Assembly: GCA_965116475.1 (NCBI GenBank)
Contig: OZ220691.1
Location: 1,664,001-1,728,000 of the forward strand
Reading direction: 5' to 3'
Length of the DNA stretch: 64,000 nucleotides
From: Gemmatimonadota bacterium
GTDB taxonomy: Bacteria > Gemmatimonadota > Gemmatimonadetes > Palauibacterales > Palauibacteraceae
Position numbers and translations under genes: made by a program. Position 1 is the stretch's first letter, and each line of letters begins with the position of its first letter. The notes below the pieces were generated by a model that was not told the DNA's origin, did no database searches, and saw only the letters and a program-made list of their open reading frames with translations. Shown one piece after another: positions 29,101 to 36,959 of this stretch.

Positions 29101-29947
29101 CATTGAGGCGCGCTACGACCAGTTCACGCGCTCGATGGTGCCGGTGCGGGGACTCCTCACGCTGGCCGGCGGCCTTCCCTTCCTTCGCGGCCGCATCCAG
29201 GGGTTCGAGCACTACGGGCAGTTGGGTGTGAACGAGATCCTCGAACAGCCCGCGGACCTCCTGCCCACGGTCGAGGCGACGACGCTGGCGCACACCGTGT
29301 TCATCAACCGCGGCGGGTCGTTCGAAGCGTTCGACCTGCCGCGCGAAGCGCAGTTGGCCCCCGCCTTTCACGCAGGCGTGGCCGACATGGACGGCGACGG
29401 ACACGAGGACGTCTTCCTGAGCCAGAACCTGTTCGCGCTGCGCGGCGAGGCGGACCGGAACGACGGGGGCCGCGGCCTGTGGCTGCGGGGCGACGGGACG
29501 GGGGCGCTGACGCCGGTCCCGGGGCAGCGGTCGGGCATCGCGGTGTACGGCGAGCAGCGCGGGGCGGCCTTCGCCGACTACGACGGCGATGCGCGCGTGG
29601 ACGTGCTGATCGGCCAGAACGCGGCCGGGACGAAACTGTACCGGAACGCGGGCGCGAAGCCCGGGTTGCGCGTGCGGCTGCTCGGCAGCCGCGGCAACCC
29701 GGCCGCCATCGGCGCCGCCATCCGCATCGAGTACCGCGACGGAGCGCTGGGTCCGCTGCGAGAGGTGCGGGCCGGTGGCGGCTACTGGTCGCAGGACGAT
29801 CCGATTCAGGTGATGGGACTCGCGGCGGAGCCGACCGCCGTCCGCGTGCGCTGGCCCGACGGCTCGGAGACCGTCACGCCGCTCGACGCGCCGACCCCGC
29901 TGGAGGTCACGATCGACGCCGTCGGCGCGCTGGTCGCTCGCCGGTAG
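26198..29947 (+). CDS. FG-GAP/VCBS repeat lipoprotein with ASPIC/UnbV (CRTAC1-like) domains
   Basis: Many DxDGDGDxD repeats, GGLYLSGS and GGGYWSQ..VRWPDG motifs, GGC lipobox. Confidence 0.85.
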   Translation: MPHGLLDIHQDARPFVHVTLLAAAALCGGCGPGALDWVEEDGYRWAELRVSGDDEPGFERLDPSETGISFENVVTEEQYIANSHYLNGSGVAAGDVDGDGRVDLYFAGMDGPNRLYRNLGGWRFEDIAEEAGVAAAGRFSTGAVFADVDGDGDLDLLVNALGGPNALYLNDGTGYFTDGTEEAGLSSTLGSMSMALADIDGDGDLDLYVVNNKVATVQDLFPPEVLQPSNIYRQTGNGFEILPEWREHFTLGEVREGMVPRLELAEPDRLYLNDGTGRFTPVPWTGGAFLDAEGRPLEAEPVEWGLAARFQDMDGDGDPDLYVCNDFHSPDHIWINDGTGRFRMLEPLAMRNTSFASMAVDFSDVDRDGLTDFFVAEMLSREQRLRMKQMVGGEPDRPFAGRIGNRPQKPRNTLYLSRGDGTWSEAAQFAGLDASGWSWGSTFVDVDLDGFEDLLVGTGHFYDAMDKDAAQRVGSMDWRQRILGFPPLRLSNVAFRNRGDLTFEEVGEAWGFAGDEDITHGMATADLDGDGDLDIVTNRLLAPAGVYRNEGRATRVAVRLVGRGLNTGGVGAQIRLTGSGLPVQTKEIVAGGLYLSGSEAMASFAAAGEEMTIEVAWRDGAVSRVEGVRANRIYEIREPAAGDAAAASGASSAGTAESDAPLFDDVSALLGHRHRENAFDDFAQQPLITWRLGQGGPGVAWSDIDGDGDTDALVGGGGGAGLSVFRGDGEGGFSPDRGARGSAAAGPAPSPGDQTGLVIVPGPAGATVVVGTATYDGTDRAAPSATVLRASGTALREAQTLPAAESSTGPLAAADYDGDGDVDLFAGGRVIPGQYPAAATSRLFLNEGGRYVLGESNGAALTDVGLVSGAVFSDVDADGDPDLLLAIEWGPVRLLVNRDGRFEDATAAFGLESRTGWWNGVTAGDLNGDGLPDLIASNRGLNSQFAASPEHPATAYHADLDNDGFRDVIEARYDQFTRSMVPVRGLLTLAGGLPFLRGRIQGFEHYGQLGVNEILEQPADLLPTVEATTLAHTVFINRGGSFEAFDLPREAQLAPAFHAGVADMDGDGHEDVFLSQNLFALRGEADRNDGGRGLWLRGDGTGALTPVPGQRSGIAVYGEQRGAAFADYDGDARVDVLIGQNAAGTKLYRNAGAKPGLRVRLLGSRGNPAAIGAAIRIEYRDGALGPLREVRAGGGYWSQDDPIQVMGLAAEPTAVRVRWPDGSETVTPLDAPTPLEVTIDAVGALVARR

Positions 29948-29995
29948 AAGTCGGGAGCCGCCCGCCCGCGACGAGCCGGCCGGTCGTCGGGCGCC

Positions 29996-30526
29996 TCAGC
30001 CGCCCGTCAGTGCCCGGATCCGCTGGGCGACGTCGCGGACCATCTCGTTGGGAATCGGGATCGTGAGGTTGTACTGCGCGATCTTCCAACCCCCGTCTTC
30101 CATCACGAGCACGCCGCTGCCGCGCGTTTCACCGAGGTTGGCGTTCTCGAGACGCTCGTCGAACCAGGCGGTGGCCCCGCCGGGCGCGATCGCGATGTGG
30201 CGCTCGAGCATGTGGTAGGTCCAGCCCGTGCCCGTATCGAAGCGGGCTTTCGTGTAGTCCATGAACTCCTCGCGCGTCCAGCGCTCGGTCGCGTCGGTGC
30301 CGAGGAAGACGGCCTCGCCGGCGTAGAGGCTGAAGTAGCCCTCGAAGTCGGCCTCCGAGGCCGCCGCGTGGAGCGCATCGAGAACCGCGGAGACCTCGGC
30401 CCGGGCGTCATCCTGCCCGGCGACGGGAGGGACCGGCGCCGCCGACGCGATCACGAGAGCGAAACCGGCCAGGCGAGCAATGGACCGCCGCGACCGGCGG
30501 CCGGTGTCGTTCATCACGTTCGGCAT
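29996..30526 (-). CDS. Secreted SnoaL/NTF2-like protein
   Basis: LDALHAAAS.ADF..YF, FLGTDATERW, AWFDE.L, RGSGVL, WKIAQYNL. Confidence 0.8.
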   Translation of the reverse strand: MPNVMNDTGRRSRRSIARLAGFALVIASAAPVPPVAGQDDARAEVSAVLDALHAAASEADFEGYFSLYAGEAVFLGTDATERWTREEFMDYTKARFDTGTGWTYHMLERHIAIAPGGATAWFDERLENANLGETRGSGVLVMEDGGWKIAQYNLTIPIPNEMVRDVAQRIRALTGG

Positions 30527-30671
30527 GGGTTCCTCGGGGTCTGGCAGCCGGTGGCTGCGGGGTTGCGGGTGTCGGCTGATCCTACCTGAGCCGGCTGCGA
30601 CCAACTAGTGTTTCGAGGAGTCCGCCTGGAGACTCCGAATCCGCGATCCTGTTTCCACTCGGGAGGATGTC

Positions 30672-31994
30672 ATGCCGCCACGCACCGCTGGTCCGATGCG
30701 AGGCCTCGGAGTTCCGATGGCCCGCGTGACCGCCGTTTCCATCCTCGCGATCCCGATCGCGAGCGGGTGCGCGACGGACGCCGGCACGGACGCATCGGAC
30801 CTGTCCGCCGCCGGTCCGGACGCCGCCGTGGTGATCCGGGCGGACCGGATGCTCGACGGGCGCGGCGCCGTGCTCACGGGACGGGAACTCGTGGTGCGGG
30901 ACGGGCGGATCGAAGCCATCGCCGAAGCGGGGGCCACGGAGGGCGCCGTGGTATACGAACTTCCGGGGGCGACCGTGCTGCCGGGGCTCATCGACACGCA
31001 CGTCCATCTCGGTTGGCACTTCGACGCGGCGACGGGGCGGCTGAGCAGCGCGGAGTCGACGGCGACGGCGGAGGACCGCGTGCTCTACGCGGCCGAGAAT
31101 GCCTGGAACATGCTCGCGAGCGGCGTCACGACCGTGCAGAGCCTGGGCGGACCGGAGGACGTGCCGGTGCGGGACGCGATCGCGCGCGGATCGCTGCCGG
31201 GACCGCGGATCCTCACGTCGATCCAGCCCATCACGCTCGGGAGCGGCGGACCGGAGGAGATCCGGGCCCGCGTGGACGAACTGGCGTCGGCCGGCGCGGA
31301 TGTGATCAAGATCTTCGCGTCCGCCAGCATCAGGGTCGGCGGCACCCCCACGCTGAGCCAGGAGCAGCTCGACGCCGCCTGCGGCCAGGCGCGCGAGCGC
31401 GGCCTCCGCGCCGTGGTCCACGCTCACGGTCCCGAGAGCGCGCGGCGCTCGGCCCTCGCCGGCTGCCAACAGATCGAGCACGGTGCCCTCCTGGATCGCG
31501 AAACGCTCGAACTCCTGGCCGAACGCCGGCTCTACTACGATCCGCACACCCACCTGATCTTCGAGAACTACTTCGTCAACCAGGACCGCTACCTCGGCAT
31601 CGGGAACTACACCGAAGACGGCTTCCGCCAGATGCGCGCGGCGGTGCCGGTCGCGCTCGCCGCCTTCCGGGAGGCGCTCGATGTCGAAGGGCTCGACATC
31701 GTGTTCGGGACCGACGCCGTGGCCGGAGCGCACGGGCGCAACTGGACGGAACTGGTGTACAGAGTACGTGAGGGCGGGCAGGACCCGATGGATGCCATCG
31801 TCTCGGCCACGAGCCTGGCGGCGGCTTCGCTCGAGCTCGCGGAGACGGTGGGCACCCTCGCCCCGGGGTTCGACGCCGATGTCATCGCCGTGGCGGGCGA
31901 TCCGACGGTCGATATCGGCGCCCTCGAGCATGTCGTACTTGTTATGCGACGCGGAGTGGTCTACCGGCACCGGCCGCTCGGGGAGACGCCGTGA
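30672..31994 (+). CDS. Amidohydrolase family lipoprotein (Xaa-Pro dipeptidase-like)
   Basis: PGLIDTHVH, GADVIKI, VHAHG, IEHG, FGTDA, GFDADVIAV. Start uncertain. Confidence 0.85.
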   Translation: MPPRTAGPMRGLGVPMARVTAVSILAIPIASGCATDAGTDASDLSAAGPDAAVVIRADRMLDGRGAVLTGRELVVRDGRIEAIAEAGATEGAVVYELPGATVLPGLIDTHVHLGWHFDAATGRLSSAESTATAEDRVLYAAENAWNMLASGVTTVQSLGGPEDVPVRDAIARGSLPGPRILTSIQPITLGSGGPEEIRARVDELASAGADVIKIFASASIRVGGTPTLSQEQLDAACGQARERGLRAVVHAHGPESARRSALAGCQQIEHGALLDRETLELLAERRLYYDPHTHLIFENYFVNQDRYLGIGNYTEDGFRQMRAAVPVALAAFREALDVEGLDIVFGTDAVAGAHGRNWTELVYRVREGGQDPMDAIVSATSLAAASLELAETVGTLAPGFDADVIAVAGDPTVDIGALEHVVLVMRRGVVYRHRPLGETP

Positions 31995-32071
31995 AGCGGC
32001 GGTCCTTTCGCCGATGGCGTCACGGCCGGCCGCGGCGACACCTCGAGAGCGGGGCTCTCGTAAGGAGGCGC

Positions 32072-32317
32072 ATGAAACGCTCGATCGAAGATGCGCAGCA
32101 GCGGCTCGCCGAGAAGCTGCTTTCGCGCAAGGACGTGTCCGCCGTGGGCATCGGGGCCGACAACGGGGACCCGTGTCTGAAGGTCTACCTCTCCGGGTCC
32201 TCTTCCCGGAAGTCGATTCCCGACCGGTACGACGGACACCCGGTGCGCGTGGTCGGCGGCGGCCCGTTCCGGGCGCAGGAGAACGGGCCGGCGGGCGCGG
32301 CGACCGGCGGCGCGTGA
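32072..32317 (+). CDS. Small protein homologous to the N-terminal (pro-like) domain of the downstream protease
   Basis: TAAGGAGG RBS. VSAVGIG..PCLKVYL..IPDRYDGHPVRVVGGGPFRA aligns with the protease's VVGVGIG..PTIKVFV..IPEALGLFPVTVEPAGPFRV. Confidence 0.75.
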   Translation: MKRSIEDAQQRLAEKLLSRKDVSAVGIGADNGDPCLKVYLSGSSSRKSIPDRYDGHPVRVVGGGPFRAQENGPAGAATGGA

Positions 32318-32333
32318 CGGGCGAGGAAGACAG

Positions 32334-33479
32334 GTGATGACGCCGCGCCGGAATCTCGTGCTTGCGATCGCCATCGCGGCCGCCACATGCGTCGGGGTCG
32401 GCGTCCACTGGACCCTGACCTCCTGGCCGACACGACCCCCGGCGCTGCCCCCACCGCGGCTTCCCACGCGTCCGCCGCTGCCCCCGGGCGCCTCCGCCCA
32501 GGAGTGGCTGGCGGCCGCCATGCAGGTGCAGAGCGACAACGAATCGATGCTCTTCGCCGTTCCGGGCGTGGTCGGCGTGGGCATCGGGTTCTCGGACGCC
32601 GGAACGCCGACGATCAAGGTCTTCGTCGACCCCGCCGCCGCCCCCGTGTCGCGTGGCCTCCAGGGCATCCCGGAGGCGCTCGGTCTCTTCCCGGTCACCG
32701 TCGAGCCGGCCGGCCCGTTCCGCGTCCTGCCGCCGGAGTCCGCCGCGCCGGCTTCGGCGGACGAAGGACCGGTGCCCACGGGGCGCTTCGACCGCCCGGT
32801 GCCCATGGGCGTGTCCACGGGCCACACCCGCTCCACGGCGGGCACGATCGGCGCCGTCGTGACCGATGGCGAGCGCCGGTACGCACTGAGCAACTGGCAC
32901 GTGTTCGTGCCGGGCGGCGAGGGACGGGTGGGCGACGTTCTCCTGCAGCCGGGACCCGTCGATGGCGGCTCGGATCCGGGGGATGCGATCGGCACGCTGA
33001 CGGCGTTCGAGCCGGTGGTGCTGTCGCCGTTCGCGACGAACCGGATCGATGCGGCGATCGCGCGCACGGACGAGGTGCTGCCGGAGACGCCGGTGGGGGG
33101 CTATGGGTCGCCGCGCGGCACGACGATGGCGGCGAAGCCGGGGCTGCAGGTCCAGAAGTACGGGCGGACGACGCGTCTCACGGTCGGGGAGGTGGAGGCG
33201 GTCAACGCGTCGATCAACGTGACCTACGGGTCGGCCGGGTCGCAGGTGGCCCGCTTTGTCGGTCAGATCATGGTGTGCTGCAACTTCAGCCAGGGCGGCG
33301 ATTCCGGCTCGCTGATCGTGGCGCGCGACCTGGACCGCGACGGGAACGCGGGCCCGGACGACCGCAAGCCGGTCGCCCTGCTCTTCGCCGGCGACGGCCG
33401 GCTCACGATCGCGAACCCGATCGACCTCGTCCTCGACCGCTTCGACGTGACGATCGTGGGCGAGGACGCCCGCCGCTGA
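32334..33479 (+). CDS. Exported trypsin-like (Nal1-like, S1) serine protease
   Basis: AGTIGAVV, LSNWHV (His), IDAAIA (Asp), KYGRTT, QGGDSGS (Ser). Confidence 0.85.
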   Translation: MMTPRRNLVLAIAIAAATCVGVGVHWTLTSWPTRPPALPPPRLPTRPPLPPGASAQEWLAAAMQVQSDNESMLFAVPGVVGVGIGFSDAGTPTIKVFVDPAAAPVSRGLQGIPEALGLFPVTVEPAGPFRVLPPESAAPASADEGPVPTGRFDRPVPMGVSTGHTRSTAGTIGAVVTDGERRYALSNWHVFVPGGEGRVGDVLLQPGPVDGGSDPGDAIGTLTAFEPVVLSPFATNRIDAAIARTDEVLPETPVGGYGSPRGTTMAAKPGLQVQKYGRTTRLTVGEVEAVNASINVTYGSAGSQVARFVGQIMVCCNFSQGGDSGSLIVARDLDRDGNAGPDDRKPVALLFAGDGRLTIANPIDLVLDRFDVTIVGEDARR

Positions 33480-33573
33480 CGCCCGCCGCTGACGCCGACC
33501 CCTTGCGGCGGGCCCCCGGCAGCGACCGGCGGCCCGTGGCAAAACCCCGCTGCGGGTTGCTAGTTTGGCGACC

Positions 33574-33798
33574 ATGACACACTTCCGGTCGCACTTCCTG
33601 CCGCGCACGCCGACGGGCCGCCGGCTCGTCGTCCTCTTCCTGGTTCTGTTCGCGTTCACGCAACCGCCGCTCGTGTACGTGATCGGCAACCGCGTCGAGC
33701 CGTGGATCGCCGGCCTGCCCTTCCTCTACGTGTACCTGCTCGTCGTCTACATCCTCCTCATCGGAGTTCTGATCCAGGTGCAGAGGCGGGGGCTCTGA
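33574..33798 (+). CDS. Small two-TM membrane protein partnering the SSS transporter (DUF3311-like)
   Basis: NRVEPWIAGLPFLY; TGATG coupling to the symporter. Confidence 0.75.
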   Translation: MTHFRSHFLPRTPTGRRLVVLFLVLFAFTQPPLVYVIGNRVEPWIAGLPFLYVYLLVVYILLIGVLIQVQRRGL

Positions 33799-35291
33799 TG
33801 GAGGCGTGGGTCGTCGCGACGGGGCTCATCTTCGTCTACCTGGTGGCGACGATCGTGCTCGGGGCGATCGCGAACCGGCGCATGTCCGTGGACCTGGAGG
33901 ACTTCCTCCTCTACGGACGCAAGGCGGGGTTCATCGTCCTCTACCTCACCGTCGTCGCCACCTACCACTCGGCCTTCGCCTTCCTCGGTTCGGGCGGTTT
34001 CTTCTACACGCACGGGATCGGGTTCTGGGCGGCGGGCGCGTGGACCGTGCTCGTCGGGGCGATCACCTACGTGCTCGGGAGCCGGATCTGGGCGCTGGGG
34101 AAGACGTTCGGCTACATCACGCCCGCCGATCTGCTGGCGGACTTCTACGAGTCGGATGCCGTGCGCGTGGTGGCGGCGATCGTCTCCGTCCTGTTCACGA
34201 TTCTCTACATCCAGGTCCAGGCCGTGGGCCTGGGCTACATCCTCTCCGTGGCGTCGGGCGACCGGATCTCGTTCGAACTGGGAACGCTGATCCTGCTCGT
34301 GGTCGCCGCGGGCTACCTCATCGCGGGGGGTCTGCGGGCGGTCTACTGGACGGACGTGATCCAGGGCGTGTGGATGTACGTCGCCGTGTGGGCGGGCGCC
34401 CTCGTACTCGCCTTCGAACTGTTCGGCGGACCCCTCGAGCTATGGCGGCGGGTGGCGGCGGAGCGCCCCGATCTCCTGTCACTTCCGGGCCCGGAGGGGT
34501 TCTTCACGCCGGGGATGTGGTTCGGGATGATCGTCGTGCTCTCGTTCGGGATCGTCTTCCAGCCGCACCTCTTCATCCGCTACTACACCGCGGTTTCGGC
34601 CCGCACGATCAAGCTGCTGGGCGCGACGACGCCGATCTATCTCATGACCCTCTACATCCCGGCGGCGCTCGTGGGCCTGGGCGGCGCGCTGGTGATGCCG
34701 GACATCGCGATTCCGGACCGGATCTTCCCCGAAATGCTGTTCGCGTACGCCCCGGCCTGGCTCACGGGCGCGATCCTGGCCGGCGCGACGGCGGCGGCGA
34801 TGTCCACCCTCGACTCGATGCTGCACGCGAACATGACCGTGCTGACGCGCGATGTGTACCAGCGCTACATCCGCACCGGCGCGAGCCAGAATCACTACAT
34901 CCTCATCGGGCGCCTCATCGTCGTGGCCCTCCTCGCCGTGGGGTACTTCCTCTCAGTGAGCACGTTCGACTTCCTCGTGCAACTCGTGGCGCTGTCGGGT
35001 TCCGGGGCGCTGCAGCTGATGCCGGCCGTCCTCGGGGTCTGCTTCCCGGGGCGGTACCTGACGACGAAGGCCGGGGTCATCGCGGGCATCGGGTGGGGTC
35101 TCGCGACGCTCGGCGTCACGCTCATCTTCGTCCCCCATCCCCTCGGCCTGCACGGCGGGGTGTGGGGACTGCTGGTGAACTTCGTCGTGACCTTCGTGGT
35201 GAGCCGGTTCACGCTCCCGCCGAGCGACGTGACCGTGTCGCGGATCCACGGCGCGATCGAGCGCTTCGTGTACGAGGGCGACCCCGCTTGA
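33798..35291 (+). CDS. Sodium:solute symporter family protein
   Basis: ATYHSAFAFLG, GGLRAVYWTDVIQG, AAAMSTLDS; many TM helices. Confidence 0.9.
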   Translation: MEAWVVATGLIFVYLVATIVLGAIANRRMSVDLEDFLLYGRKAGFIVLYLTVVATYHSAFAFLGSGGFFYTHGIGFWAAGAWTVLVGAITYVLGSRIWALGKTFGYITPADLLADFYESDAVRVVAAIVSVLFTILYIQVQAVGLGYILSVASGDRISFELGTLILLVVAAGYLIAGGLRAVYWTDVIQGVWMYVAVWAGALVLAFELFGGPLELWRRVAAERPDLLSLPGPEGFFTPGMWFGMIVVLSFGIVFQPHLFIRYYTAVSARTIKLLGATTPIYLMTLYIPAALVGLGGALVMPDIAIPDRIFPEMLFAYAPAWLTGAILAGATAAAMSTLDSMLHANMTVLTRDVYQRYIRTGASQNHYILIGRLIVVALLAVGYFLSVSTFDFLVQLVALSGSGALQLMPAVLGVCFPGRYLTTKAGVIAGIGWGLATLGVTLIFVPHPLGLHGGVWGLLVNFVVTFVVSRFTLPPSDVTVSRIHGAIERFVYEGDPA

Positions 35292-35317
35292 GCGCGGCCG
35301 CGGTCGGGGTCTGACCT

Positions 35318-35770
35318 TTGGGCAGGCTCATCGGAGGCGTCGCCCTTCTCGCGCTGGCGCTGTTCATGGTCGTGGGGTTCCTTCGCTCGGGCGTGGATCC
35401 GCTCGCGCTGAGGACGATCGTGGCGCTCTTCATCGCGGCCGGGCTGCCCGCCGCGGGCGGCGGCCTGCTCCTTGCGCGCCACTTCGGAGTCGGACGCCGC
35501 ATCGAACACCGGCGGGAGGCGCTCCGCCGCGACACGCTCGAGGCCGAGATCCTGAAGATGGCGGGACGCCACGGCGGGCGGCTGACGGCGGTCGAAGTCG
35601 CCGGGGAACTGGCGCTGCCGACGACGACGGCCGAGGAACTCCTGAACGAACTCATGGCGCGGGAGATGGCCGAGATCGAGGTCACGGATTCGGGCCTGCT
35701 CGTGTACTCCTTCCACGACGTGCGGCACCTGTCGGAGAAGGAAACCGCGCGCGGGCTTCTCGATCCGTGA
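35318..35770 (+). CDS. Hypothetical membrane protein with a probable C-terminal winged helix
   Basis: Two TM segments, then ILKMAGRHGGRLTAVEVA..EVTDSGLLVYSF. Confidence 0.65.
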   Translation: MGRLIGGVALLALALFMVVGFLRSGVDPLALRTIVALFIAAGLPAAGGGLLLARHFGVGRRIEHRREALRRDTLEAEILKMAGRHGGRLTAVEVAGELALPTTTAEELLNELMAREMAEIEVTDSGLLVYSFHDVRHLSEKETARGLLDP

Positions 35771-35786
35771 GGGGAGAGCCGTCGTC

Positions 35787-36455
35787 GTGACCGAGACGCG
35801 CTGGCCGTGCCCCGTATGTCTCGGGACCAGGATGGAGAAGACGTCTCTCGGGACCGGGGCCGGAGACGCCCCGGGCCGGCTGACCCTCGACCATTGCGGC
35901 CGGTGCGGCGGCATGTGGTTCGAGTTGGGGGAGGTACAGCGCCTCCGTTCCGAGCGGCCCGAGTCGCTGTGGGCGCAGATCCCGGCCCGGGACGAGCGGC
36001 ACCGGGCCCAGTGTCACACGTGCCGCGCGTTCGTGGACCGCGATGCGCCGAAATGCGCCGCCTGCGGGGCGAAGACCCGCCTGAACTGCCCCGCCTGCGA
36101 TACCCGGATGCTGCAGGTCCGTCAGTCCTCGCTTACGCTCGATGTGTGCAAACGCTGCAAGGGCGTGTGGTTCGACCACCACGAACTCGAGGCGATCTGG
36201 GAGCTGGAGCGCGACCGGCTTATCGCGCGGCGGGGACGCGACGGAGCGGTCACGCGCAGCGCGGATACCGGCGCCGATGTCCTGTTCGAGACGCTCTTCT
36301 GGGCGCCGGATCTCGTCTTCGTGGGCGCGCACGTCGCCGGCCACGCCGCGGCGGCCGCGGTGGAAGCGGCGCCGGCCGCGCTCGACGCCGTCGGCGATGC
36401 GGCCGCGAGCGTGTTCGAGGCGATCCTCGAGATCGTGGGCGGCATCTTCGGCTGA
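35787..36455 (+). CDS. zf-TFIIB-like multi-zinc-ribbon protein
   Basis: Six CxxC pairs; CGRCGGMWFELGE and CKRCKGVWFDHHE. Confidence 0.8.
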   Translation: MTETRWPCPVCLGTRMEKTSLGTGAGDAPGRLTLDHCGRCGGMWFELGEVQRLRSERPESLWAQIPARDERHRAQCHTCRAFVDRDAPKCAACGAKTRLNCPACDTRMLQVRQSSLTLDVCKRCKGVWFDHHELEAIWELERDRLIARRGRDGAVTRSADTGADVLFETLFWAPDLVFVGAHVAGHAAAAAVEAAPAALDAVGDAAASVFEAILEIVGGIFG

Positions 36456-36509
36456 GTCCGCTCCGACGCGACGACGTTTCTTTCCTCTTTCCTATTGGAG
36501 AACCGACGA

Positions 36510-36926
36510 ATGGAAATCGTGCTGGCCACGCTGGCCGACGCCGCCAATACATCGAACGACGGCAAGCTCAATCTCATGGGCCTCTTCGACACGCTCTACG
36601 CCGGCGCCATGCCGGTGACCCACCCCTCCATGCAACTGGTCCTGAGGATCCGGGCCGAGCCGTCCGAAACCGACCGGCAGCACGAACTCGAAATCCGCTG
36701 CATGGACGAGGACGGAGAGGAACTGTTCAAGGTGACGGGCGGGTTCTCCGTCCAGGCCCCGCCGGGGAAGGCGGCCACCTTCAATCACATCGTGGGCATC
36801 GCCAACCTCACGTTCCAGAAATACGGCGGGTACACGTTTCCGATCTTCATCAACCGGGACCTGAAGCGGACGGTGGAACTCGACGTCATGCAGGCGGAGG
36901 CACCCGCGGATCCGCCGCGAGACTGA
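36510..36926 (+). CDS. Hypothetical protein (DUF6941-like)
   Basis: LADAAN..DGKLNLMGLFD, GGYTF.I.IN; GGAG RBS. Confidence 0.7.
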   Translation: MEIVLATLADAANTSNDGKLNLMGLFDTLYAGAMPVTHPSMQLVLRIRAEPSETDRQHELEIRCMDEDGEELFKVTGGFSVQAPPGKAATFNHIVGIANLTFQKYGGYTFPIFINRDLKRTVELDVMQAEAPADPPRD

Positions 36927-36959
36927 TCGTCCCGCCTCGAAACTGAAAGGACGGAAGGG

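Noticed and set aside
26460..29620. Recurrent GACGGGGACGG-like DNA motifs as a possible CRISPR or repeat array
   Set aside because: They are coding FG-GAP DxDGDGD repeats with irregular spacing inside one ORF.
36453..36510. TGA of the zinc-ribbon gene is in frame with the next gene
   Set aside because: It is not at a Cys-motif position, no SECIS-like stem is evident, and the downstream gene has its own RBS and ATG.
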